A stretch of 63,294 bases of DNA, filler included, from Intoshia linei (lineage: Eukaryota; Animalia; Orthonectida), in NCBI GenBank assembly GCA_001642005.1. It is 7 parts of 7 records of this genome, joined end to end, with 100 filler letters (N's around TTAATTAATTAA, not from the genome) between each part and the next. Parts side by side here need not be neighbours in the genome. Positions count along the whole stretch, not along the records: positions 28,470 to 44,148 come from LWCA01000899.1; positions 44,249 to 52,248 come from LWCA01001507.1; positions 52,349 to 60,837 come from LWCA01001463.1; 4 more parts are not named here. One strand, 5' to 3'. Below, piece after piece: positions 40,991 to 54,967 of this stretch (the first letter of the stretch is position 1; each line of letters starts with the position of its first letter). Made by a program: the position numbers and the translations under genes. A model generated the notes under the pieces. The model was not told the DNA's origin. It did not search any database and saw nothing but the letters and a program-made list of their open reading frames with translations.

Positions 40991-41500
40991 TTATTCATAT
41001 GGATTTGGCAAACCCTAAAGTAGACAATGAAAATTGAATGTAAATAAAATTACCAAAATTTTCAACATTTCTTTAGTATCATCGTCAATTCTGAAACGTT
41101 GTCTATGTCTAAACAAAACAGAATTCTAAATTTGATTGAAACGATACTTTAAAAATAAATTACTTCCAAAGAAATATTTTCTGGGATATTTCGTTCCTTT
41201 TCGTGAATTCTCAAACAAATTCCTCTAACAGGGCCACACTCTACTCTCTTAACTAGACGAGTAACATATCTAATAAAATTTATAAAACTATAATAAAGAG
41301 CAATACCCAGCAATTTGATTCCTAAGTCTTTTACCTTGAATTTCGGCAACATGTGAAACAAGTTGTTTATTTGTTTGAAAATCGTGACAAAGATAATCGT
41401 AATGTTTTTCAACTATTTTTCTAGCTGATCGCTTAACTAGTCTATTTCTAACGCGTCCCTGTACAAGTTTATAAACTAGATTAGATTACAAGATTACCAT
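40991..41500 (-). CDS. RPS17: 40S ribosomal protein S17 (eS17), 5 exons, 118 aa, divergent
   Basis: Exons 41500-41498, 41458-41307, 41269-41164, 41125-41054, 41014-40991; introns 39/37/38/39 nt GT-AG. M|GRVRNRLVKRSARKIVEKHYDYLCHDFQTNK..KRLRNQIAG|YVTRLVKRVECGPVRGI..|..DDDTKEMLKIL|GLPNPYE*. Confidence 0.95.
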
Positions 41501-41904
41501 TTATATAATTGAAAATCAAAATGAAATGTTGAATGTTGAGTGATATTAAATTTAATACTTGGTATCTATTAAATGTGTACATAGTTGAATACAAGTTTAT
41601 TGGTAATGTTTTGACAGACTTTTTAATACAATTGTACTGAAATTTAAATTTAATTTTATGTCATTAAAGTTTTATGCTTTATTTTATTTTAAAATTGCGT
41701 CGTTTAAAAAGTAAGAGTATTTATAATAAATGAAACGTAAAAATCACTGCTTGAAAAAAATACATGCGAGTATATTGGAACAATTAACGTGTGAGTATAT
41801 TGGTCACAACCTGGATTCAGTCAATATAAATGCAACACGGATTTGTTTTGTACCATTACCATACCATTAATGTATAATAGTTCAAATTTTTCAGTTTTTA
41901 CATT
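41501..41904. promoter_or_regulatory. Putative bidirectional promoter between RPS17 and NAMPT
   Basis: Only 404 bp between divergent ATGs; contains a direct repeat g(c/t)gagtatattgg at ~41766 and ~41791. Confidence 0.45.
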
Positions 41905-43315
<1,411 letters not shown>

Positions 43316-43569
43316 GTAATATATATTTTTATTAAAAAACTCTGTATTAAATGTTTTTATATTAGATGGACAGGGGACTATGGTCATATAACCCGGTTTT
43401 ACCATCATGAGAGCCTAATATTTTAATTTATTAATACGTAATGTTGGAAATTTTCTTAAGTACGTCAAAATTATGATGACCAATGCGATTGGCAACTGTT
43501 ATTTTTAATTTTTAGGCAATAAACGATCGATTAAACAATGTATATGTCGTATAGAATGTGTAAAACTGT

Positions 43570-43725
43570 GAACTGGGTTTAAAAAAATTTCTAAAAAAAC
43601 CCCCATGAAAGTTTAGCAATAAAAAAAATCTTAAAAACACCTCTTTAAAATTTGGTTCAAAAAAACATCTTAAAACCCACTTTAAAATTTGGGTTTAAAA
43701 AAATTTCTAAAAAAACCCCCCTGTA
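43570..43725. repeat. Degenerate ~37-bp minisatellite; related array in both orientations at 48290-48510
   Basis: Repeated aaatttgggtttaaaaaaatttctaaaaaaacccc-like units. Confidence 0.6.
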
Positions 43726-44248
43726 ATGTCGTATTTAAAATTCATTATGAATAACGTTTAATTTTTAAAACACGTTTTTATACGGTTTACAATTAATACC
43801 AAATTTATTTTCTATCTTGATTTAGTGTGGGGATAATATTAATACTACACCTCCCTTCTAAAATTTTGACGAGGTGTTTTTTTTTGTATAAAAATTGTTC
43901 CTTGGATGTGATCAGATGATTTGGAGTGTAATCAAGGTCATGTCTATAATTTTTTAGATTTTTTCATATTTCTCGTGTATTGTTTGCGATAAGCTGTCGA
44001 TTTTGCTATGAGATCGGCTAATTTAGATTTATTGTGATTATGTAGGAAGCATTGTAACCGGTCAGAAGTTCTAGAGATGTTTGATATTTTTGAATAGGTA
44101 AGAAACGCAAACTTGCAAGTACCGAGTGAAGCTCCAGGTCCCAGTTTTNNNNNNNNNNNNNNNNNNNNNNNNNNNNNNNNNNNNNNNNNNNNTTAATTAA
44201 TTAANNNNNNNNNNNNNNNNNNNNNNNNNNNNNNNNNNNNNNNNNNNN

Positions 44249-45133
44249 ATAAAAAATTTGATCATATTATTCAACCCCATATCGTAAAAGAATATAATCA
44301 CGAAATGGGTCGCGTTGATATATTTGACAGAGTTGCTTCGGATTATCGACCCTTGATTAGAGCTAAGAAGTGGTATTTCCCCCTAATGATTCATGGCATT
44401 AATGCTCTAATGGTTTACGCATGGCGTATATACCAAATGATTCATCAATATAAAATGCCTTAATTACAATTTCGAAGAAGCGTAGTTCTTGCTGCAATTA
44501 CTACATTATTTCCTCGCCCAACTACAGGGCCTCAGTTAACAGTATCGACTTCATCTTGATTTGATGCAGTCGACCATGTACCTATTAGTATTCAATCAAA
44601 GAGGTGTATTCTGTGTAAAAAGAATTGTCGCGTAGAATGCAATAAATGCCTAAAAGCCTTACACATTAATACTTGTTTTGAAAATTATCATTCAGATTTT
44701 GAATAATAAAATTTTATTTTAATGCTTTTGACTGTAATAATTTAATTTTGTTAATTACATTTCGAAAAAGTTAAAATAATCAAATAATTTTTCATCCAAT
44801 CAAATCATAAATTAATTTTGTCGTAACAAATATTGAATATAAACTTCTTTAAATAGCTGTTGCTAAGGACAATTATTCCTATTGGTTAAATTTTAATTCT
44901 GAGTCATAATAAATATCAAGATATATATAACTAAAGTCATTTACCGAATTATCGACATATTTTGGACTTATTAATGTTGTTTTCCGGTTAGCGGCCAATG
45001 ACTACATATGTAGTCATTCCCAGTTTACCCAGTTCTAGTATTTCAAAACCTTAGAAATTTTACACATATTTAAATAACACATTTTGAAAATCATAATGTT
45101 TGACCAAGTATAAAGGGTGTCGGTCTTAATGGG
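44249..45133 (+). mobile_element. piggyBac transposon 3' part (PGBD2/3-like transposase pseudogene 44249-44706)
   Basis: QPHIVKEYNHEMGRVDIFDR..YRP.IRAKKWYFPL..YAWRIY..QFRR..RCILCKKNCRVECNKC.KALH..CFENYH with internal stops; terminus GGG|TTAA at 45131-45137. Confidence 0.92.
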
Positions 45134-46026
45134 TTAATCAATATATTATCTATATATTGAGTTGCATATAATACATAGTTGACGTTTCTAATTTTGTTTA
45201 AGATATCTTTGAAAACCCCCTATTTTTGCCATTTTTGAAACTTTAAACTCAATTTAAACACATTTGGACGTGATTGAAAAATAATATTGGTATCACGTTG
45301 ACCAGCTCATTGAGACGAACAAGGTGATGTATTCATCGTCCATGCATTTTTTTGGTGTTGGACTGTGTTATTATTGACTTTAAGTGTCTATTATTATGAT
45401 TTGTGTAAAAACTTTTAAAAACAGTTTTCCTGATGTAATTTTTTAATTTATTTTAATTTAATTATTTTAATTGTTACGTTAAATTTAAAATCTTATTATT
45501 AATATTTTATTTATTTATTATTAATACTTATTAATAAATATCATATATTATGAATACATACATGTATCATTATTAATATATTATGTATTTAAATGTTTAA
45601 GTTACGCCTTGGCAGAATCGTTCGATATTTTTTAATTAAATTAGTATCATTTATTTAAATAAAAACTATATTTTACCAATTTGTGCAAATAGACATACCT
45701 ACAATTCAAATCCAATACACGTTTTTATGAATACTTCAGGGATCATTTTAAAAATGATATTACTCAGTAATATGCTGGATTTGGTGGTTAATGCAAAACG
45801 TCCCGTTGTTATCAGTAAAAATCTTAAAAATCTGAGCCAACAAATAATGAATAATTCTAGTACCAAGATATGAGGGGTCACGATTAGAAACAAAACTTGT
45901 AAATCAGTACACTTCTAAATGGTATTGTGTTACTGACAATGATTGGTTCACTATATGGCTAGATCTAGAATTACAACTTCCTTTCTACTTTAAATGCTTT
46001 AGAGAACGAATGAAGTATATATTCAT

Positions 46027-47092
46027 TAGGGTGTTTACTTTTTAAACTTTCCGTTGAATTAACAAAAGTATATTTTACTGAGCGTTCGAAATGTAATTTA
46101 TAACACAGTTACCGATTAAATTTTATCTAGTTTTGTAATTTCCTTCGCCTATTTTTTTTTAAACCTTTTTTAAAAACATGACAGAAGAACTTTATTATTG
46201 TTCATGTTTTTATACCTATATACATTTAAATGATATTTAAATAAGGTAAAATGACTATTAAATACGTATTTTTGACATGAAAATGGTATCATTGTTAATG
46301 TGAAAAAAATAGTAAACATTTTAAGATATAAAAAATAAATTTATGTATTTAAATGTAAAATATGCTACTACAATTTGTATTTAGATAGTATAAATAATGA
46401 CCTCTAAAGAGAAAAGAGATATAATACTTTTTTACCCTGGTCCACCACAATCGGTTGAATCAATGATTTCATTATAAGCTTTGCGACCCCATTTATATTC
46501 CCCGTATTGGCATAAGTTGTGTCACATACAATCATTTGAATGTTATTTTTGATATTATATTCTTTTAATGTATCAAGTATGGCTTTATGCATTGTTGCAC
46601 CTTTTCCAATATCTAATGTTTTTAGAGAAATACAATATGATAATCCAATCTCGATATTACTTGACACACAGATAAAAAACCGTTCTACACTTTTCTCTAA
46701 TTTTTGATACCCCATAGTTCGTTTTCCGTCAAAATAAAGACACAATTCGCCTATTTTTAGACTATTTGTACCTATATAAACTTCATATTGTAAACACGAG
46801 TTTTTAACCTGGGGTACTAAAATCATTTTTGGAACTCAAATTTTCTACATAAACGGTTCCACGGACACAGATACATATACTTAGGACTTTTTGCTTTAAA
46901 TAAGGCTAAAAGAAAGGTTTTGCGATAAAACCGTACTATCGAAAAATATTAATAGAAATTGACTTTTATTAATTTATGAACACTTTTTATTTTTTAACAA
47001 TGTAAATAAACGGTAACACATACAAAAATTAAAAAGGCATCCACATGCAAAATGGGTTTTCCAATAAAAAATTATCATCAAAAGACACCCTA
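46027..47092 (-). mobile_element. Deleted hAT-superfamily (hATm-like) element with a transposase fragment at 46404-46826
   Basis: TIR tagggtgt / acacccta with a degenerate 8-bp TSD; LYFDGK..VER..CDTTYANTGNING motifs. Confidence 0.7.
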
Positions 47093-47187
47093 ATGGCCAT
47101 ACTAACTAATTGGAAATTTTATGTCTATATCTAACAATTAACTGTAAACCAAATCAGCAACCTTTACAAAAAAAGTAGCCGCATACT

Positions 47188-47425
47188 CAGAGTCGTTTTA
47201 AGGCATGGGCAATATTGGCTGTAGCCCAGGGCCACTTATTAAAAAAGGCCCAAAATTAATAAAAATACTTTACACTTATATCTTAAAAAGAGGCCCGAAT
47301 TTATTAAAAAATACTTCATATTTATATCTTAAGAAACAGTTTATAAGTTTTGAAGTGTGGAAATTCAAATAGCTAGCAAGAAAATAATTTAAAGAATCAA
47401 AGTTCTGGTAAATATTAAATTTAAT
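47188..47425 (+). mobile_element. Truncated copy of the hAT MITE at 54968-55715
   Basis: Colinear with 54968-55195; lacks the nested Tc1-type MITE. Confidence 0.85.
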
Positions 47426-49717
47426 ATTTAGCAAGAATATTTAGCTACATTGTTAATTATTTCTATAAAAACCAATATGTGAATGGAATCGATATTCATG
47501 CTACTCCGTATGATTTTAGGAATATTCTCGGTAAAATTATTTATACGTATTAATTGATTAATTGTAAATATTTAACTAAATGATAGATTTAAAACTATAT
47601 AGATATACTGAGCTGAACCTACTATGCTATAAAACTCCGAACAGGTCACTAATAATTTTTTTAGCTAATACTTTTCTACCTCACGGAACACTTAATGATA
47701 TCATAATTTGTATGTACGTCGTACATCCTAATGTACGTATCCTTCCATTTTAGAGATTTATTGTTTAGAAATGAATTTATTTACAATTTGTTTAGTAAGA
47801 ATACTAAATGTCGATTCAGAGCCAAATTTATCTTTGCAGTTTCCCAGTTTGAGTCCTTCAGGGTGAAAAAACCTATTTTCCCTTTTGTTCAATTACACAT
47901 TGCTACAGTTTTGGAAATATTTCAATGAAGCAGAACCATTTATATTGTATTGTGTAGTTCACAATATTGCAATAACGGTGACATTTTTCTTATATCTGAC
48001 CTAGTCAAAATTATGAAATATAAGGATTATAAAATAGCATGTTTTACATATTAATAGTAAAGTTATTTTCACTGTGATCTTAGATAAGTAATATTTTAGA
48101 AATTAGGCTGAGGGTGCATCTTCTTTTTGATATAAATATTGGTTTTTTTAAAATGAAGCAAGACATTTTTATATACAGTGTATATGTTGCATAGAATTTG
48201 TATATTGTACAAATGTGAAATGTACACATTCCACGGGCAAGTCGTAGAATGTGTAAAATTTTCATTTATATTGTAATGTTAATTTAATTTTGTGTTTTTA
48301 GAATTTTTTTTAAACCAAACTTATGGTGATTTTTAGAATTTTTTTGAACAGAACTTTAAGGGTGGTTTTTTTAGAAATTTTTTTGAACCAATTTGAAGGG
48401 GAGTTTTTAAGGAATTTTTTTAACCAAACTTAAAGACAACCTGAAAATTTGGGTTAAAAAACATCTTAAAAACTCCATTGAAAGTTTAGTTAAAAATAAT
48501 AAAAACCCCTCTTGGTTTATATAAGTAAAGGATGTAATGTATATTATTTTTTTGGGGTTCAAAAGTTTTTTTAATACCATCGTAAAGGTCCAAAGTTAAA
48601 AAGGCTTGAGAATGTCTCCCCTAAAGGCGTAACAATAAAATAAACTTTAGATATGCTTTATTACAACGATTTAAAATTATTGATTGAGAAAACATAAAAA
48701 CAATGGAAAATTAAAAGTTGTGTTATTTTGTCATTTACTAGGTGGCTTAATGGGAAATACATTTTTAAATTATTAATCACAACAATGGAAAGATAAACAT
48801 ATCCAACTAATGGTATCAATAAGTACACCATGGACTGGAACAGCTAAAGTTTACCAAGGATTGCTATTAGGTAATAAGTACCATAGTTCATTGAATGACT
48901 ATAATTTAAATTAAGGCGACAATGTGGGAATAGTATATACAAAATCATTGGATTGGCGAAAATTAGAACGAACATATAATTCCGTGATTTCATTATCTCC
49001 GTCTGCGCCGAAATGGTCTTCTAAAACACCAATAATTTTGACTAAATTGAAAAATTACACAGTTGATGATGCCGATGAATTTATGACGTCATTGAATGTT
49101 CCAAACATGTCATTGCGTTGGAATGCAGTCAAAGGTTTTATACAAAATCTGACTATTCCAGCAGTTCCAACCTTGTGTATATATGGAGGTGGGAAAAAAC
49201 TACAAGTTCTCTCGACTACAGCAAAACAAATTATCCAAACGGTACACCAAAAATTATATACGAAATTGGCGATTCGAGCGTAAATGGTGCATTTTTATGT
49301 GCGTGCAATGATTGGAACAATTAATATAAAAGGCAGTTCAGACAGTATGATAATGAAGGTCATGTCGAAATTTTAAAAAACGAAAAAATGATTAAATTTA
49401 TTCACAGTTACATGAATTTACAATTTACCCGAAAACAAAAAGTTCAAAAGGTTTTTAGTAAAAGAGAAATTAAAATATACTCTTGTTAGAAATAAATAAA
49501 TGTAATATAAATGCATTTAAAAGTGGTATTATTATAATTGCTTGTTCCATATGTAATAAATAGTTTCATTTTGTTGAATATCAGTTGTAATTCTTTTTTT
49601 AATTAATAATTAATTAAGATTAATATTAATACAATTAAATTAAGGTCAGAAACTTGAAAATAATTTATATTGTAACAAAAATAAATTATGAATTTTTTAT
49701 ATAAATAAAATATAATA

Positions 49718-50098
49718 ATGAAGAAAAATGTAAATTTTAATAGATACAATCAAACGTATGAAAACCACTCCAACACTGACCATGAAGCTGGTATGAACAA
49801 ATTTAAACAAGATTTAAAAAAAATAAAACAAACTTCGTACGAAATGAACCAAATTTTAAATCAGAATAAAGGGAAACAAATATACATTTTTAAAAAAAAA
49901 AGCAAAAATGTTTCAAACAAAGTAAATAAAAATGATGATAAAATCAACGTTGTTTCTAACGATATAAAAATAACATCAGAAATTGATTCCAGTACACGTT
50001 CAGCTAGCGCATCGAGTAAAGAAAGTTTAAAATACAATTATGATGGATCATTGTGCACCAGGTTTTCATTACAAATGAAACTATATCTCGTCGAATAG
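49718..50098 (+). CDS. Hypothetical Lys/Asn-rich protein
   Basis: 126-codon ORF with an ATG and coding-like composition; no recognisable domain; 3' end ambiguous. Confidence 0.35.
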   Translation: MKKNVNFNRYNQTYENHSNTDHEAGMNKFKQDLKKIKQTSYEMNQILNQNKGKQIYIFKKKSKNVSNKVNKNDDKINVVSNDIKITSEIDSSTRSASASSKESLKYNYDGSLCTRFSLQMKLYLVE

Positions 50099-50191
50099 AA
50101 AATGCTAAAAATTCCAGATATGTTCATCGTCCGAAAGAGAAAGAGTCAAAAGATTACAACAATGATAAGAACTATTTTACATGAAATATAT

Positions 50192-51570
50192 TTATACAAT
50201 TGATTTTTTATCGATTTCATCTTTTAGTTCATTTTCATTTTCTACGTTTTCACATTTTTTTCTAATTATTTCAAGATTATTCAAATTTTTGCTATTTTCA
50301 TCAAGTGATTCGCTTATCGCCTAAAATTTATATTAGAGTATTTAAAAATTTAATCAAATATTGCCTGTATAAAAGATTTTTTCTTTAGATGTTCTGGTAA
50401 TTTAAAAGGCTTGTCACAATTAGGCAATGGAATAAAATCATCCTTATTATAAAGGAATGGTGTCTCCATAACATAGTTTGATTCCATATCTAAGAGCATT
50501 GTTACATTTTTACGTTTCCCAACCGCCAATTCGAGAAGAATATGTATAGTACATTGTATACATGTGTGACATATTGAGTATAATTTAATTTAGCTATTTT
50601 TTACGGTTCGTCAAAATATTTGTACGTTTTAACCGGTCTGTAAGAGTATAAAGGTTAGGAAACGTTGCGTTAAATATATACATGTAATTTTTAAAGCTTT
50701 TTAATAAAAGAATATTAAAAATTTAACGAATTACGATAAAACAATTCAATGTTAATGAATTACAAGGATATTGTGAATTTTCAGATTTCTGCAAAATTTT
50801 ATCAGCAATATTGTCTTCGATTTTCATACATTGTTTTTTATACAGTTCAAATCGTTCATTTCTTTTTTTTATTTCATCTGTGTATCAAAATATATAAGTT
50901 ACAAAATATTATTAATAGTTTAAAATAAATAATTATAATTATGGTTAATTGGCAAACAAATTTACGTAGACCAGACATTTTAAGCAAGCGGTCTTTAGTG
51001 GTATTATAATTTTTTTTAAATAAAATAAAAATAAAAAAAATTCAGCCGTGACTCATCAATAATATCACATTTATAAGATCATCAGATCTTAAAAAAAAAC
51101 GGGGAATCCAGGGTATATAATATATAAACATGTATATATTAGGGTGTGAATTTTAGTAGTTTTTTTTGCAAATTTTATGGTGCTAGTACATATCAACCAA
51201 TATTTTTCAAATATTTCGATTAACAAATAAAAATTGAAAATGTAAATATTGATCATACAATTTCAAAAAAATGTGCATTGAACATTTACATATTTCCAAT
51301 AAAGAAATATGGATGAAAATCTACATAATTCATTCCTTCGCAATTTTTTTCATTGCTATGCAATTTTTCAATTTCAAATTCTCATTTTCAAAAATTTTGT
51401 TTAAATTTTAAATTAAAACTAAGACAACGAATTACTAAAAGTAATAAACCTGTGAAATTGTAGTATGTATCCAAAGAAACTATTTTTGATTCATACAGAT
51501 TGACTTGAGCAATTTTAAATTCTATATTTTCTTGCTTCCAAAACAAATATTTAAATATTTCTTTATTTTT
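50192..51570 (-). CDS. Orphan multi-exon protein (at least 6 exons)
   Basis: KNKEIFKYLFWKQENIEFK..; EKNCEGMNYVDFHPYFFIGN; DEIKKRNERFELYKKQC..SQYP; YRLKRTNILTN; LELAVGKRK..KKKSFIQ; AISESLDE..KKSIV*; one GC-AG intron at 50321-50364. Confidence 0.6.
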
Positions 51571-52017
51571 CTAAAGAATTAATCATTACAGTTATTGATT
51601 AACCAAAAAAGTAAAACACCAAATACATTGAATCGGGTTTTATTTGTAAAATTTATTTATTATAATTATAATCAATTATTTATATATTTAATTTATTATT
51701 TATGAAAGGTGTACCTTCCAAAAATAAAAGTATCTCAGAATACCCCACAATAACAAATAATATATTCAAATGCAATTTCTACAATGATATAAATTCCTTT
51801 ACGTTATTAGTATCGATTAAATTATAATATTCACTTTATTTGGTGTTTAAAAGAATGGATACTGTCAAAACTTATTCAACCCGGATTTATTCAAAGTAAC
51901 ATAACAATTATTATTTTTATATGACACTAGGGCAAATACAAACGTATGCAATCACAGTCTAAGCGATTTAATAATAATAAACGCATATATAAATTAATTG
52001 TAGCAAAACATTATTAA

Positions 52018-52694
52018 CCCATATACTCCCAGACAAATTTTAATTTTTTGGCTTCGATTTTTCCAAAAATTTTAAAAGTTAATACATACTTGCCTATTTC
52101 TCACCATATATAATTTTAGGTAATTACCAATTGTAGTTATGGAGTTATTTCACATTACATTAGTTAACATTGGGAGAATAAGGCAAATAAAAGCTGTATA
52201 TATAAAACCGCATCGTCAATATACCTAATTATTTCATCAAATTGTAGCNNNNNNNNNNNNNNNNNNNNNNNNNNNNNNNNNNNNNNNNNNNNTTAATTAA
52301 TTAANNNNNNNNNNNNNNNNNNNNNNNNNNNNNNNNNNNNNNNNNNNNTGATTTTTCAAAGCAAAAAAAAAATTCACTGAAAAAATTTTTTATATTTTTT
52401 TTTTGTTAAAGTTATGATAATTGAATTTAATAAATACCATGTGATGAATTCATGTATTGGCTACAATTTGATAAAATAATTAGGTATATTGACGATGCGG
52501 TTTTATATATACACGCTTTTATTTGCCTTATTCTCCCAATGTGAACATATGGAATGTGAAATAACTCCATAACTACAATTGGTAATTACCTAAAATTATA
52601 TATGGTGAAAAATAGGCAAGTATGTATTAACTTCCCAAATTTTTGGAACAGTCGAAGCTAAAAAATTGGAAAAATTTGTCTGGGAGTATATGGG
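52018..52694. mobile_element. piggyBac-type element ends with >200-bp inverted repeats on either side of the gap
   Basis: TTAA|CCCATATACTCCCAGACAAAT at 52014 and ATTTGTCTGGGAGTATATGGG|TTAA ending 52698; 52018-52248 is the reverse complement of ~52457-52694. Confidence 0.85.
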
Positions 52695-52734
52695 TTAATA
52701 TTGTAAATTATTAAATTATATTGTCTACTTTTAG

Positions 52735-52976
52735 ATTTTTACTTTGGCGGAAAGTTTGGGTGGTTATGAATCTCTAGTTGAACACCCGTAATATTTTTTT
52801 AAAAATTTATACATACATAATTTAGTGAAATAATGACGCATTCATCGGTTCCTCCGGCAGAACGTGAAAAATTAAAAATTAGCAATAATTTCATACGACT
52901 ATCTGTTGGATTAGAAGAAATCGAAGATTTAATAAGCGATATTAAATTTTCTTTGGATAATATTGACATTAAATAA
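52735..52976 (+). CDS. CTH: Cystathionine gamma-lyase, last two exons only
   Basis: IFTLAESLGGYESLVEHP | EIMTHSSVPPAEREKLKISNNFIRLSVGLEEIEDLISDIKFSLDNIDIK*; 38-nt intron 52788-52825. Confidence 0.92.
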
Positions 52977-53617
52977 ATATTTATTTACAATGCACATTAT
53001 TTTTGATGTAGTGTTCTTAGTTGGATGGTGCAATGTTGGATTAAGTCAAAAGACAAGGAAATTAAATCCAAAATATTATACACTAAATTTATTAAAAGAA
53101 ATATCGGGAATAATTGGCATCACTGTTTATAATTTAATGGATATCATTTTAGTGAAAAGTCTTAAATTATATATTGCTCGTGATATTCTTACACTTTTAT
53201 ATTACTTTTATTTTTATTTCTATATTTGCCATGCATTCAATATTGATACAGCAAATCAATATCGAAAAAATGGTATATTTCATGTATGAATAGAATACTG
53301 ATGAACACTCAAAAAAATTATTTTTATAAAAACAATAAGATTATATAGTTGTTCTCTATTTATATAATCATTTATTCATATAATTATAAATGTCTACATT
53401 AATTTAATGTCGAAAAATTTTTTATAATAATAAAGTAATAAATTTTATTATTTGTTGATAGAATTAATGAATATATTAAAAGTTATTTGTAACCGAGAAA
53501 TCTTAGATTTCTGAAGTTGAAATTTTGTATCTATATTATGTAGAATAAACTATAACAGAATAATATTTTGTTAAATTCTAGGACTATTAGTTATGAATAT
53601 TTTTTGTTAATAAAATA

Positions 53618-53729
53618 CAGTATTCTCTCTATAACTTGCCATTCTTGGGATTTAAAAAAAGTTGGCGAGATTGAGAACTAACTAAAAAATGGTGAGTTAT
53701 AGAGTTGGCGAGTTGTGGAGAGAATACTG
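53618..53729. mobile_element. Small Tc1/pogo-type MITE (related remnant at ~56884-56990)
   Basis: TA|cagtattctctc..gagaatactg|TA inverted ends. Confidence 0.75.
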
Positions 53730-54273
53730 TATTACAAAATAATTAAAAAATGAAAACTTATTTTTTAATTGATTTTTTAACTGTGAAGGCTTCACTTTGT
53801 CAAATTAAACAATTTTTGGGGTGTTATTTGGATATAACTAGCAGCAGTAATATTATTTTTAAAAGATCTAGGACTATTTTATTTTTAAAAAAAATGGTAA
53901 TCTAGGGTTTTGATCGTGAAAATTGCACTTTTTTGATGTTAGGTTTATGATTTAAAAAAAAACTATCTTAGGATTTATTTTATATAAAAAAAGTGTCATT
54001 TCGGTTTCGCCGTGAAGACATAAGTTTTTTAAATTGAATTTATCATAATCTTCATGATTTTTAAATTCAAAGATAATTGGGGTTTTTGATCTTGAAGGAC
54101 TCAATTTCTGAATTTTTTTATGGAATTCATGTTATTTATGATGGTTTTTAAAATTGTACTGTTTTAACTTTATATTGGAGACATTTTTGAAATGAATGCT
54201 TTCACAGTTCTTGCATATCATGCTATATAAAACGCAATTATGGAATGTGCACAGTACATTTTATAGATATATG

Positions 54274-54760
54274 CTTTTTTGACCGTAAAGTCGTCACTTA
54301 TTCGGATTGAAAGTTTTTGTGTGTGTTAAAAGGATACAACTGTACAACCTGTAATTTTTTTTAAATTCTCGGGCTGTTTTCATAAAAAAAAAATAATTTG
54401 GGGTTTTGGCCCTGAAGATATAATTTTTTTAAATTTAAATTTATGATAATCTTTATGATTTTAAAATCCGTATCAGCGTATATANAAATTTAAATTTATG
54501 ATAATCTTTATGATTTTAAAATCCGTATCAGCGTATATATTTTTTTAAATTTTTCAACTCGTTTAATTTTCGAAAAAAAAACAATTTGGGTTTTTGATTC
54601 GTAAGATGTGAGTTTGGAAGGTTGAAATTTATCTTATTATCACCCCTGGAAAAAACTGTAATTGAAATGTAGATTTTATATAATTCTAAGACTTGTAGTT
54701 ATTGAAATAAAGTGGAACACACACAAACAAATATTGCGTAGCATATTATATAAGTAAGGA
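54274..54760 (-). mobile_element. Helitron-like non-autonomous repeat copy
   Basis: ttttgaccgtaaagtcgtcacttattc start; acacacaaacaaatattgcgtagcatattatataagtaagga end; single-n overlap duplication at 54485. Confidence 0.6.
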
Positions 54761-54967
54761 TAAGGTGTACTATGCGTTGTAATTTTATTTTTAGTATAAT
54801 GTTGTAGACAGCCCAATTACTTTTAACAAAACGAGTAAACTGCAAACATACAAATATATTAATCATTATTATTTGAAATTAAACCATATATATTGATCTT
54901 TAATTTTTTATAATATTTTAAAATTTAATTAATTTTAATTAATTATATATTGCATATGCAGTAGAAC

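Larger units (their letters stand above)
45727..49489 (+). pseudogene. LCAT / group XV phospholipase A2 (PLA2G15-like) pseudogene
   Basis: KRPVVI|IPRYEGSRLETKL..WFTIWLDLELQLP (45727-46014); YVNGIDIHATPYDFR (~47433-47531); VVLFCHLLGG..WKDKHI..STPWTG (48651-48870); GDN..CIYG..GDSSV..GHVEIL (48915-49489). Catalytic HSLG reads HLLG; two frameshifts, in-frame TAAs and TE insertions. Confidence 0.9.

Noticed and set aside
48651-49330. TAA at positions where Gln is expected, suggesting a ciliate-like genetic code
   Set aside because: The same gene has frameshifts and a dead catalytic Ser; RPS17 and CTH terminate at TAA and NAMPT has no in-frame stops, so this is pseudogene decay
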